Source: Rhodospirillales bacterium
GTDB lineage: Bacteria > Pseudomonadota > Alphaproteobacteria > TMED109
Reading direction: 5' to 3'
Assembly: GCA_009839325.1 (NCBI GenBank)
Contig: VXPW01000022.1
Coordinates: 28,038 to 92,037 of the forward strand
DNA: 64,000 nucleotides
Positions 9,677-18,593 of the stretch are shown here, piece after piece. The notes beneath the pieces are model-generated. The model saw only the letters and a list, made by a program, of their open reading frames with translations, was not told the origin of the DNA and did not search any database. A program made the translations under genes and the position numbers. How positions within the stretch are numbered: position 1 is the stretch's first letter; every line of letters starts with the position of its first letter.

Positions 9677-10761
9677 CGAAGCTTCAGCGTGGCCAGCCCG
9701 GCTAGCGCACAGACCGCAGCAATGATCCAGAACCGCACCACCACGGTGGCCTCTGGCCACCCTTTCTGCTCGAAGTGATGGTGCAGCGGGGCCATTCGGA
9801 AGATGCGCCGTCCGGTGAGCCGGTATGACACCACCTGCAGAATGACCGAGACGGTCTCCACCACGAACAGTCCACCGATGACCGCGAGGACGATTTCGTG
9901 GCGGGCGATGAGCGCTATCGCTGCCAGCATCCCGCCGGTTGCCAGCGACCCCGTGTCGCCCATGAAAATGCGGGCCGGGTGCGCGTTGTACCAGAGGAAA
10001 CCAAGGCCGGAGCCGATCAAGGCGCCGCACAGTACGGCGAGTTCACCCGCACCGGGCACGTAGTGAATCTGCAGATAGTCCGCAAAGAACGCGTTCCCGA
10101 TCAGCCACGCGATCAGGCCGAAGGCACCCGCTGCGATCATGATGGGAACGATGGCCAGTCCGTCCAAGCCATCTGTCAGGTTTACAGCGTTGGAGGTCCC
10201 CACCGAGACGAAGACGGCCAGCGCGATCCAAGCCAGTCCCAGGTTGGGGAGGAAGTCCTTGACGAACGGAACGGCCAAGCGGCCGGCGAGCCAGTCCGGG
10301 GCCAGCCAGAAGACGGCCAAGGCCGTCGGCAGGGCGACCGCGATCTGCAAGAGGAACTTGACCGAAGACGAGATGCCTCCGGTCAGGCGGCGTCGAACCT
10401 TGCGGATATCGTCGAACAGGCCGATCAGGCCAAACCCGATGCCGGAAAGGATCACCGTCCAGATGTACGGATTGACGGGATCCGCCCAGATGATTGTTGC
10501 ACCGAGTCCTGCGATCAGGATGAGCAAGCCCCCCATGGTGGGAGTGCCCTGCTTGGTCAGCCAGTGCCGGTCGGGACCGTCGTCGCGGATGGGCTGGCCG
10601 CCCCCCTGCATGGCTCCAAGCCGTCGAATCAGCATTGGCCCAAGGCAGAACGCGATCAGCATCGCGGTCACCATGGCGCCGCCCGTTCTGAAAGTGAGGT
10701 ACCTGAACAGGTTGAACGGGCCGAAGGACTCGGCAAGCGGGACCAGGAAATGGAACAGCAT
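9673..10761 (-). CDS. mraY: Phospho-N-acetylmuramoyl-pentapeptide transferase
   Basis: ORF 9673..10761(-). It is a polytopic membrane protein with the MraY motifs NAVNLTDGLDGLA and APLHHHFE. Confidence 0.95.
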   Translation of the reverse strand: MLFHFLVPLAESFGPFNLFRYLTFRTGGAMVTAMLIAFCLGPMLIRRLGAMQGGGQPIRDDGPDRHWLTKQGTPTMGGLLILIAGLGATIIWADPVNPYIWTVILSGIGFGLIGLFDDIRKVRRRLTGGISSSVKFLLQIAVALPTALAVFWLAPDWLAGRLAVPFVKDFLPNLGLAWIALAVFVSVGTSNAVNLTDGLDGLAIVPIMIAAGAFGLIAWLIGNAFFADYLQIHYVPGAGELAVLCGALIGSGLGFLWYNAHPARIFMGDTGSLATGGMLAAIALIARHEIVLAVIGGLFVVETVSVILQVVSYRLTGRRIFRMAPLHHHFEQKGWPEATVVVRFWIIAAVCALAGLATLKLR

Positions 10762-12137
10762 CAGCGCGCCTTCGACCCGGTGACCCGCGCCACCACGGTC
10801 TCAAGTGCATTGGCCCGACTGCCCTTTACAAGCAGAACATCCCCTGCGCGCAGTTCGGAAGCGGCCCGCTCGGCGGCCGTCTCGGCATCGGCCAGCAGGT
10901 CGGCAGCCGTATCCTCCGAAAGTTTTCGATGCAGTGCCGCCATCTCGGGCCCGACGCACCACACCCGGTCCACGCCCTTGAGTGCAGGTGCGAGACCCGC
11001 GTGAAGTTCGGCTGATGCCCGGCCCAATTCTTTCATTTCACCGAGTACGGCCAGACGCCGGCCGGCCGCCGGCATGCTGCGCAGTGCAGCGAGGGCTGCG
11101 CACATCGAGGCAGGATTGGCGTTGTAGCTGTCGTCGATCACCCAGGCTTCCCCGTCCACGAGATGGACGGCATGCCGACGCCCGCGGCCCGCGAGTGGTT
11201 CCACCGTTTCCATGTGAGAACCGGATTCGGCGGGCGACACTCCCAGGAGGTCCGCCACGCAACCAGCGGCCACGGCGTTCAACGCCCAATGGGCGCCTGA
11301 CAGCCGGAGCCGGCAGCGATGAACCTCCCCAGCAAAACTCCAGCGGAACACCGAACCGGTGTCCGTCGGGGTCACTTCAAGCAGACGCGCGTCGGCATCC
11401 TCGCACGTGCCGAAGGTGACAATGCGCGCCGCTCCACTGGCCCGCGCCGCCCGGAGCAGCACATCCGATCCCGGGGTGTTGACAGGGATCAAGGCAGTTC
11501 CGCCGCGCTTGAGCCCCTCGAAGATTTCGGCTTTGGCCTCGGCGATCCGGTCCAGGCTTCCAAAGTGCTCAAGATGTGCAGGCGCAATGCGTGTCACCAG
11601 GGCGACATCCGGACGCACGAGGTCAACGAGCGAACCGATCTCGCGTGCACGGTTCATACCGAGCTCGAACACGGCCGCGGAAGTGGCGGCCGGCATCCGT
11701 GCCAGACTCAACGGAACGCCTATCGCGTTGTTATGGCTCGACGCGCTGGCATGTACGGATCGCAGCGGGGCCAGCGCGGCTCGAATCAGCTCTTTGGTGC
11801 CGGTCTTGCCGACGCTCCCGGTGACCGCCACCACCTTTGATTTGGTGCGCTGCCGCGCCGCGCGCCCCAAATCCTGTAGTGCCTCTAGGGGATCGTCGAC
11901 CTCAAGGTAGCGATCGTCTCTTTCATCTTGCGGGCGCACGAGCGCGGCAGCCGCGCCGGCGGCAAACGCGGCGTCGAGGAACGCGTGGCCATCGGTGTTG
12001 CGTCCTGGCAGGGCGACGAAGAGGTCACCGGCTGCGAGCTGGCGGGTGTCGATCGACACGCCGTACGCACGCCATGACCCGCCGGTCCGGCCGCTGGTGG
12101 CGACGGCCGCCGCATCCGCTGCCCACAACGCGGTCAA
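10761..12137 (-). CDS. murF: UDP-N-acetylmuramoyl-tripeptide--D-alanyl-D-alanine ligase
   Basis: ORF 10761..12137(-). It carries the Mur ligase P-loop VAVTGSVGKTGTKE. The TTG start overlaps the murE stop (TTGA). Confidence 0.9.
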   Translation of the reverse strand: MTALWAADAAAVATSGRTGGSWRAYGVSIDTRQLAAGDLFVALPGRNTDGHAFLDAAFAAGAAAALVRPQDERDDRYLEVDDPLEALQDLGRAARQRTKSKVVAVTGSVGKTGTKELIRAALAPLRSVHASASSHNNAIGVPLSLARMPAATSAAVFELGMNRAREIGSLVDLVRPDVALVTRIAPAHLEHFGSLDRIAEAKAEIFEGLKRGGTALIPVNTPGSDVLLRAARASGAARIVTFGTCEDADARLLEVTPTDTGSVFRWSFAGEVHRCRLRLSGAHWALNAVAAGCVADLLGVSPAESGSHMETVEPLAGRGRRHAVHLVDGEAWVIDDSYNANPASMCAALAALRSMPAAGRRLAVLGEMKELGRASAELHAGLAPALKGVDRVWCVGPEMAALHRKLSEDTAADLLADAETAAERAASELRAGDVLLVKGSRANALETVVARVTGSKAR

Positions 12138-13612
12138 GCCCCACCTCGCCCGATCAAATGCCGCACAACTGCGCGGTCATCGAAAGGTGTCGCAACGCCA
12201 CGCACGGTCTGTGTGGTCTCGTGCCCCTTGCCGGCGACCAGAAGCGCATCGCCATCCCGAAGCAACCCGAGGGCGCTGCCGATGGCCTCGAACCGGTCGC
12301 CGACTTCGGTCGCGTCAGGCGCCCCCTGCAGCACCTCGGCACGAATCGTCGCCGGGTCTTCGGATCGCGGGTTGTCGTCCGTCACCGTGACGCGGTCCGC
12401 ATGCCGGGCAGCGACCTCGCCCATCAATCGGCGTTTGCCCGAGTCGCGATCCCCACCGCAGCCGAAGACGACGTGAAGCACGCCGCGCACGTGCGGCCGC
12501 AGAGCGTCGAGGGCTGCGGCCAAGGCGTCCGGGGTATGGGCGTAATCGACAAATACGGAGGCTCCGCCCATGGTCCCGATGCGTTCGAGCCGACCCGCTG
12601 GTGCGGTCAAGGACGACAATCCGTTGATGGCATCATCCACGGGCACGTCAGACACGACGGCTGCCACCAAGGCAGCCAACGCGTTCTCGGCCTGAAACTG
12701 GCCCAGCGGGCCAAACGACACCGTCCGCTCTCCGTGCGGGGTCAGCAGTCGCAGGACCTGACCCTCGGCGTCGGGAGTCACTGCCTTGAGTTGCCAGTTG
12801 GCTCCGTCTCCCCGCCCATAGGTCAGCACGTTGAGTTCTCGACGCTCGGCCGCGGCGAGGGTGACCCGGTCAACACTCGCCAAGTTGAAGATCGCGGTGC
12901 CACCTGGAATCACCAGTTCGGCGAACAGCCGCCGCTTCGCCGCCCGGTATGCGTGCTCGGTACCGTGGTAGTCGAGGTGGTCACGGCCGACAGTGGTCAG
13001 AATCCCCGTCGCGATGTGCACCCCGTCCAGCCGGTGCTGATCAAGGCCGTGAGACGAGGCCTCGAGCACTGCGTGATTGAGGCCCGCCTCCGACAGGGAT
13101 GCCAGTTCCGCGTGCAGGGTCACGGGGTCCGGGGTCGTCAGGTTCAGTGCCGCCGAGGCCAGATCAGTGCCGGAGCCCGCACTTACGCCAAGCGTCCCGA
13201 TCTCGGCGGCTTGCAAGCCGGCCCCTCGCCACAGTTCGGCAAGAAAGTGCGCCGTCGAGGTTTTCCCGTTTGTTCCGGTGACGGCGACCACCATTTCGGG
13301 CTGGGCGCCGTAGAAGGCTGCCGCCATCCGGGCGAGACGGCGGCGCGGCACGACGTCGGCGACCGCGGTGATTCCGAGTGCCTTGGCCCGCGAAGCTGCG
13401 GCCGGCGGTACCAGCGCGGCCGCGGCCCCGCGATGCACGGCTTCCTCCAGAAACTCGACGCCGTCGATCTGGCCACCCGGCAACGCGGCAAACAGATACC
13501 CTGCGTGGAGTGATCGAGAGTCTGAGCTGAGCCCGCGGATAACAGGGTCAGGCATACCCTCGGGAAGCGGCCGCCCCGTCCGAGCTGCAAGTTCGGCAAG
13601 CCGCATGCTCAC
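12134..13612 (-). CDS. murE: UDP-N-acetylmuramoyl-L-alanyl-D-glutamate--2,6-diaminopimelate ligase
   Basis: ORF 12134..13612(-). It contains VAVTGTNGKTST and the DAP-type DNPRSEDP motif. Confidence 0.9.
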   Translation of the reverse strand: MSMRLAELAARTGRPLPEGMPDPVIRGLSSDSRSLHAGYLFAALPGGQIDGVEFLEEAVHRGAAAALVPPAAASRAKALGITAVADVVPRRRLARMAAAFYGAQPEMVVAVTGTNGKTSTAHFLAELWRGAGLQAAEIGTLGVSAGSGTDLASAALNLTTPDPVTLHAELASLSEAGLNHAVLEASSHGLDQHRLDGVHIATGILTTVGRDHLDYHGTEHAYRAAKRRLFAELVIPGGTAIFNLASVDRVTLAAAERRELNVLTYGRGDGANWQLKAVTPDAEGQVLRLLTPHGERTVSFGPLGQFQAENALAALVAAVVSDVPVDDAINGLSSLTAPAGRLERIGTMGGASVFVDYAHTPDALAAALDALRPHVRGVLHVVFGCGGDRDSGKRRLMGEVAARHADRVTVTDDNPRSEDPATIRAEVLQGAPDATEVGDRFEAIGSALGLLRDGDALLVAGKGHETTQTVRGVATPFDDRAVVRHLIGRGGA

Positions 13613-13618
13613 CGCCTC

Positions 13619-15295
13619 CTAGCGTAAAGCCACCTGTGTGACCGCGTCCGGTGCCGGCGGCTCCACCGGCACAGGCGGCACACCAAGAAGTGGCGCCACA
13701 CCGGCCACCACCGAACCCGCGAGCGGAGCCACGTTCCAGCCGGCGGTGGCAAAGCCGTGGGTCCCGGGAGCTGCCTTGGGCTCGTCCAGCAGCACGACGA
13801 CGACGTACCGCGGGGCACTCATCGGAAAAGCCGCTACAAACGAATTCGTCCGGGCGCCAAGCCGGTACCGCCCGTCAACGACCTTCTGCGCGGTTCCCGT
13901 CTTGCCGCCGATTTCGTAGTTGCCGACGTCGGACAGTCCGGCGGTTCCGTGCAGCACGACCTGGCGCAGCAGCATGCGCATCTGCCGTACCGTCGACGGA
14001 CGAAACGCAGCGGTGGAATGCTCCTGCGACCCTGCAAGCAGCAGTCGAGGAGCCCGGTACTGTCCGTCCCCGACGACCGCCGCCACTGCGGCCGCCAGAT
14101 GCATCGGTGAAACCGCAATCCCGTGCCCGAACGAAACGGTGGCGCGCTGGACCTTTCCCCATGCATCGGGCAGGCGCGGATGGGCAGTTCGAAGCCCCGA
14201 TCCGTCAATGTCGCTCAGGAGCCCCAAGCGTCCCAGGTAGTCCCAATGCTGCTCCTTGCCCAATGCTTCGGCCACCCGCACCATCCCGATGTTCGACGAA
14301 TGCACGAATACTTCGGAGAGCCGGAGCCAGCGTTCCTCCGGGTGGTAATCGTTGATGGTGTAGCGACCAATCTTGATCGGCTCCGTAGCATCGAAATTCG
14401 AGTTCACGTTTGCTCTGCCGGCATCCAGCGCTGCGGCAATCGTGAACGTCTTGAAAGTCGACCCCATCTCGAAGACGCCTTGCGTCCCGAGATCCAACAT
14501 TCCCGGATCGTCCGCGACTCGCACATCATTCGGGTCGAAGTCCGGGAGCGAGACCTGGGCGAGAACATCGCCAGAGCCAATCTCGAGCACCACTCCCGCC
14601 GCTGCCACCGCCTGGAATCTCTCCATTGCGGCCTGCAGGCGGTTTCGCAGGACATTCTGAACCCTGATGTCGAGCGTCAGTTGAAGCGGGCCTTTCCGAA
14701 TGGATCGGTCACTGACGCGCTCGACGCCAGCCTGAGGTACGCCGTCTATGTTGACGTAGCCGACCACGTGGGAAGTCAGCCGACCCTGGGGGTACACGCG
14801 ACGCCTTTCCTCCTGGATGTACAGGCCAGGCGAACCGATGCGCATGGCGGCTTCGGCCCGTGAGGGAGGCGCGTGGCGACGAATCCACAGGAACTGCCGG
14901 TCGCGACGCTTGGCAGACGCTAACCGTCGCGCCAACTCGGCCTGATCGAGTTCGGGAAACACCGCCGACAATTCCTCGGCAAGGGTGGCGGGATCCCTGA
15001 CGTCGGAAGGGTTGACCCAGACCGACGGGACCAAGACCGTGGTCGCCAGCATCGTTCCGTGCCGGTCAAAGACTTCGCCCCGGACTGGCGCTTCGTCTGC
15101 CGGGCGCGGCATTTCGGTTTCGGTCTCGCCGGACAGCGCAACTTCGCCGAGGCGGAGCCCAACGACGACGAAGGCAATCGCAATCATCGTCATGCCGGCG
15201 CGCAGCCGTTCTCCCGTTCTCTCTGAGCGGCTTCTTCCGCTCTGCCAGAGACTGACTACGGGTTCGCGGCGATACTTCCGCCAGCGCCGGCTCAC
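13619..15295 (-). CDS. ftsI: Peptidoglycan D,D-transpeptidase FtsI (PBP3)
   Basis: ORF 13619..15295(-). It has an N-terminal TM helix and the transpeptidase motifs STFK (MGSTFKTF), SSN (HSSNIG) and KTGT (GGKTGTAQ). Confidence 0.9.
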   Translation of the reverse strand: MSRRWRKYRREPVVSLWQSGRSRSERTGERLRAGMTMIAIAFVVVGLRLGEVALSGETETEMPRPADEAPVRGEVFDRHGTMLATTVLVPSVWVNPSDVRDPATLAEELSAVFPELDQAELARRLASAKRRDRQFLWIRRHAPPSRAEAAMRIGSPGLYIQEERRRVYPQGRLTSHVVGYVNIDGVPQAGVERVSDRSIRKGPLQLTLDIRVQNVLRNRLQAAMERFQAVAAAGVVLEIGSGDVLAQVSLPDFDPNDVRVADDPGMLDLGTQGVFEMGSTFKTFTIAAALDAGRANVNSNFDATEPIKIGRYTINDYHPEERWLRLSEVFVHSSNIGMVRVAEALGKEQHWDYLGRLGLLSDIDGSGLRTAHPRLPDAWGKVQRATVSFGHGIAVSPMHLAAAVAAVVGDGQYRAPRLLLAGSQEHSTAAFRPSTVRQMRMLLRQVVLHGTAGLSDVGNYEIGGKTGTAQKVVDGRYRLGARTNSFVAAFPMSAPRYVVVVLLDEPKAAPGTHGFATAGWNVAPLAGSVVAGVAPLLGVPPVPVEPPAPDAVTQVALR

Positions 15296-15624
15296 TGCCC
15301 TGTCCTCCCGGGCAATTCGCCTTGCGATATCACCTCGACGAGTCGAGCTGGCGGACTGACCGGTCTCGGTCGGAGATCAAGATGACGTTGGGCCAGATCG
15401 GCCAGTTGCTCCGGCTGGTTCAGACGTGACCACTCCATGGCCAAACGATCCATCCCGGCGCGGAGTTCTTCCTCCTTGGCATGGAGTGCCTCGAGCCGGG
15501 CCTCCCCGGCGCGAAGCTGATGGCGAAGCCAGATGGTGCTGCCGCCAAGCACCATGACCGAGACCATCGACAGGCACAGCCAGAAGCCCATCAGCCGGCC
15601 GACTCGGAACGCCCACGACAGCAT
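15292..15624 (-). CDS. ftsL: Cell division protein FtsL (small bitopic coiled-coil protein)
   Basis: ORF 15292..15624(-). It has one TM helix (FWLCLSMVSVMVLGGSTIW) followed by a coiled coil (EARLEALHAKEEELRAGMDRLAMEW). It sits between rsmH and ftsI and overlaps both neighbours. Confidence 0.7.
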   Translation of the reverse strand: MLSWAFRVGRLMGFWLCLSMVSVMVLGGSTIWLRHQLRAGEARLEALHAKEEELRAGMDRLAMEWSRLNQPEQLADLAQRHLDLRPRPVSPPARLVEVISQGELPGRTGQ

Positions 15625-16562
15625 CAGGCAACCGCCGTAATGACCGGAGCCGAGGTCCTGACCGCGGTCCGCAGCCGTGCCGACCTGGCCCGCGGATTGC
15701 GATGCAGTTCCGCCTGACCTGGCCTAATCGCGCGCGTTCTCGACAACCGGAATGTCGGCTCGAACGGCGCACCGGTGGGAGGAATGTGACGGTGCGCTCG
15801 TGGGGCGCGATTCGACCGTTCCACCATGAAGCGCTTGACCAGTCGGTCCTCAAGCGAATGAAACGCGACGACCGCCAAGATGGCCCCTTCGATAAGTAGC
15901 TGTTCTGCACTGTGCAGTGCCGCACGCAGTTCACCGAGTTCATCGTTCACGGCGATGCGGAGAGCCTGAAAGGTGCGCGTCGCGGGGTCGATCGTTTCCT
16001 GCCTGCCCCGAACCGCCGAGCGCACCACGTCAGCCAGCTCGACCGTGCGAGCAAACGGCCGGTCGGCCACAATCGCGCGCGCAATCCGGCGGGAGTGGCG
16101 TTCTTCGCCAAACGTTCGCAGAATCGCTGCAAGCGCCGATTCGTCCATTGCGTTGACAATGTCGGCGGCCGTCTGCCCGCAGCCGCCCATCCGCATGTCG
16201 AGCGGCCCGTCCCGGCGAAACGAAAACCCGCGCTCCGCATCGTCGAGCTGCGGAGACGATACCCCTAAGTCGAAGACGATCCCGCCGTTGACATGCTCAA
16301 CATCGAGCGAGGCCAGGACCTGATCCACCCCTCCGAAACGCGCCTGCACGAACTGGAATCGGCTGGCGAACCGCTCCCCCAGCGCGGCTGCGGCCGGACG
16401 CGCGGCCGGATCGCGGTCTATGGCAATCACGCGGCAGTCTGCCGCTTCAAGCAGCGCCCGCGCGACGCCGCCGCGCCCGAACGTGGCGTCCACGTAGAGC
16501 GCGTCGTCGACCGGCTGCAGCTGCGTGACGATCTCTGCAAGGAGAACCGGCACGTGGGCCAT
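15624..16562 (-). CDS. rsmH: 16S rRNA (cytosine1402-N4)-methyltransferase
   Basis: ORF 15624..16604(-). Contains HVPVLLAEIV, DATFGRGGVARALL and FHSLEDRLVKRF. The likely start is ATG 16562 (MAHVPVLL). Confidence 0.9.
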   Translation of the reverse strand: MAHVPVLLAEIVTQLQPVDDALYVDATFGRGGVARALLEAADCRVIAIDRDPAARPAAAALGERFASRFQFVQARFGGVDQVLASLDVEHVNGGIVFDLGVSSPQLDDAERGFSFRRDGPLDMRMGGCGQTAADIVNAMDESALAAILRTFGEERHSRRIARAIVADRPFARTVELADVVRSAVRGRQETIDPATRTFQALRIAVNDELGELRAALHSAEQLLIEGAILAVVAFHSLEDRLVKRFMVERSNRAPRAHRHIPPTGAPFEPTFRLSRTRAIRPGQAELHRNPRARSARLRTAVRTSAPVITAVA

Positions 16563-16616
16563 GGTTGGGACGCCATGTTGGAGGGAGGAAAGGCGAGTGC
16601 CCACGTGCCGGCGTTT

Positions 16617-17150
16617 CTAGAGCCCGGACCTGGAGTTGCGGTCGGCAGCCTCGGCCTCAGCCGACGCCTCGGCCAAGAATGGCTGGACCTGGTCCGGATG
16701 AAGGATGTAGAACCGGTCGCCAGCGCCCATCAGGACGGCTTTCGGCGACCGCATGGAGTAACTGCGCGTCTTGGAACTGCCCTCGCCTGAACGGTCAAGG
16801 GCCAGTTCGGCCGCGATCAGCGCTTCGGCGGGCAACTGGACACGGCCTTCGGGATCAATCAGCTGGGCGGTATATGCGTGGAAGTGGTGCAGCCCGAGCA
16901 ACCCGCGCTGCTTCTGGGAAAGCTCAGTGCGGTCAGCCTGCTCAGAGTTGCGACGGCGCAGGTCCGACTGCATCACGCATTCGATGGCGCAGGCCTCTTC
17001 ACCGCTCGCCGTCGACGCGACGAACAGATGGGGAGACTCTTCCGACCGGAACTCCGAGCGCCAACGCGCCGGAATGCTGATCCGCCCCTTCTTGTCAATC
17101 CGGTGCGTAAACGTGCCGGCGAAGAAGGCGCGGTTTCCCACCTCCTGCAT
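16617..17150 (-). CDS. mraZ: Transcriptional regulator MraZ
   Basis: ORF 16617..17165(-). It has two MraZ/SpoVT-AbrB-type half-domains (IDKKGRISIPARWR and IDPEGRVQLPAEAL) and is the first gene of the dcw cluster. The start is ATG 17150 or ATG 17165. Confidence 0.85.
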   Translation of the reverse strand: MQEVGNRAFFAGTFTHRIDKKGRISIPARWRSEFRSEESPHLFVASTASGEEACAIECVMQSDLRRRNSEQADRTELSQKQRGLLGLHHFHAYTAQLIDPEGRVQLPAEALIAAELALDRSGEGSSKTRSYSMRSPKAVLMGAGDRFYILHPDQVQPFLAEASAEAEAADRNSRSGL

Positions 17151-17190
17151 CGCTCGACCCTCCACACGACGACCCAGCAGCGCTGTTCAA

Positions 17191-17230
17191 CCCATATGGG
17201 TGAACATGGGATTTTACGCCTATTCATGGG
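17191..17230 (-). promoter_or_regulatory. Three helically phased CCCAT repeats (candidate MraZ operator)
   Basis: ATGGG occurs on the plus strand at 17196-17200, 17206-17210 and 17226-17230, which reads CCCAT on the coding strand. The spacings are 10 and 20 bp. One repeat is inside the promoter spacer, one abuts the -10, and one is part of the palindrome CCCATATGGG (17191-17200). Confidence 0.35.
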
Positions 17231-17239
17231 CGACGTCAA
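17211..17239 (-). promoter_or_regulatory. Candidate sigma70-type promoter of the mraZ/dcw operon (TTGACG-N17-TAAAAT)
   Basis: Read on the minus strand: TTGACG (17239-17234), a 17-nt spacer tcgcccatgaataggcg (17233-17217), then TAAAAT (17216-17211). It lies about 45-60 nt upstream of the mraZ start in an AT-enriched patch. Confidence 0.45.
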
Positions 17240-17337
17240 CGATAATCAACGCCTCGACAAATGCTTAGATGATCATCGTTTGTTCTATATCAGCCCGCTG
17301 TCGTGTGGATTCCTGGCAGGTTCTCCCGAGGAACGAG

Positions 17338-17706
17338 TGGCGCCAGACAGCCTGTAAGCCGGGTTCTGTCAAGGATGACCATTCATCTGGGGCATGCGTT
17401 ACCGCGTGCCTCACGCGACCGGCCCGGACGGAGGCGGAAACACCATCGGCCCGGTCACGGGCCACGCCGTCCCTATTCGGTCTTGCTCCCGGTGGGGTTT
17501 ACCGTGCCGTCTCCGTCGCCGAAGACGCGGTGCGCTCTTACCGCACCGTTTCACCCTTGCCGGAGCGTTCGCGCCGGCGGTTTGTTTTCTGCGGCACTAT
17601 CCCTGGAGTCGCCTCCGCCGGGCGTTACCCGGCACCGTGTTTCCGTGGAGCCCGGACTTTCCTCCCCCGAGGAACCCCGGGAGCAGTCATCCAGCCGTCT
17701 GGCCAC
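17338..17706 (-). ncRNA. rnpB: RNase P RNA, bacterial type A
   Basis: The minus strand reads ...GGGGGAGGAAAGUCCGGGCUCCACGGAAACACGGUGCCGGGUAACGCCCGGCGG... (P4 5' strand, plus coordinates about 17641-17665). It also reads ...GACAGAACCCGGCUUACAGGCUGUCUGGC (P4 3' strand and P1, plus coordinates about 17341-17372). P1 pairs GCCAGACGGCU (about 17703-17693) with GGCUGUCUGGC. The ends are approximate to within about 5 nt. Confidence 0.85.
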
Positions 17707-17795
17707 GGGATTCAATGGGATTGGGTGGGCCAGGTCAAGCCCGCCGGCGCCGCCGGCCGGACGATGGCTCTGCGACCGCGGCCGAGCGAATTCCG

Positions 17796-18593
17796 CTAGC
17801 GGGAAATCTGGGCGACCGCTTGTATCAGCGCCCGTGTTTCAGAATCCGCATAACCGTCCACAGTGCCGGGTCGGAACCTCCGCTGGAAGGCAGCCACGAC
17901 AGCCTCGGTCTGGGCACCAAAAACGCCATTGGTTTCGATGCCATACCCGATCGCCCGGAGATTCTCCTGAAGCTCGGAGACGCTCTCGCGCAGGCTGATG
18001 GAATCAAGGCCGAACTCGGTCCGACTTTCCTCGTCGCCGATGAAATCCTCGGCATCATCCATCACACCGAGCCCGCCGTCAGGATACTCCGACACCTCGT
18101 CCGGCCAGATGCTGAAGCCGGCTCGCGCCAGTCGTTCCCACGGAAACAACTCACCCGGGTCTTGCTTGCGTTCCGGCGCCACATCCGAATGTCCGATGAG
18201 GTCACAGGGACGCAGTCCGTGACATTTGAACGTGTCGGCCAGCAGATCCTCCAACGCTTCGATCTGCGGATCCGGGAACGGCCGATAGCCGTAATCGTGA
18301 CCAGGGTTCACCAGCTCAATCCCGATCGAGACCGCGTTCACATCGTGCCAGTGGTGCCAGGAACCCAGGCCGGCGTGCCAGGCGCGCCGCTCCTCGGGAA
18401 CCAGACGGTAGATGGTTCCGTCCTCGTCGATCATCCAGTGGGCGCTCACGCCGGAGCCCAACTGGGTGAGTTCGCGCAGGGCGGCATCGGCGGTTTCCAT
18501 CCCGGTGAAATGAACCACCACGAGCTCGATGTCGGCGCTGACCGGGCGGGCGTTGTTATTCGGAGACCAGACCTCTCGAATCTCGCGGTTCAT
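17796..18593 (-). CDS. N-acetylmuramoyl-L-alanine amidase (amidase_2/AmpD-AmiD type) with C-terminal peptidoglycan-binding domain
   Basis: ORF 17796..18593(-). Contains ELVVVHFTGM, RAWHAG and GHSDVAPERKQDPGELFPW. The C-terminal PG_binding_1-like segment is LQENLRAIGYGIETNGVFGAQTEAVVAAFQRRF. There is an ATGA overlap with the djlA stop. Confidence 0.85.
   Translation of the reverse strand: MNREIREVWSPNNNARPVSADIELVVVHFTGMETADAALRELTQLGSGVSAHWMIDEDGTIYRLVPEERRAWHAGLGSWHHWHDVNAVSIGIELVNPGHDYGYRPFPDPQIEALEDLLADTFKCHGLRPCDLIGHSDVAPERKQDPGELFPWERLARAGFSIWPDEVSEYPDGGLGVMDDAEDFIGDEESRTEFGLDSISLRESVSELQENLRAIGYGIETNGVFGAQTEAVVAAFQRRFRPGTVDGYADSETRALIQAVAQISR

Noticed and set aside
11837-13513. 558-aa plus-strand ORF
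   Set aside because: It is antisense to murE, which has Mur ligase motifs on the minus strand. It has no motifs of its own and a biased Arg/Gly/Pro composition.
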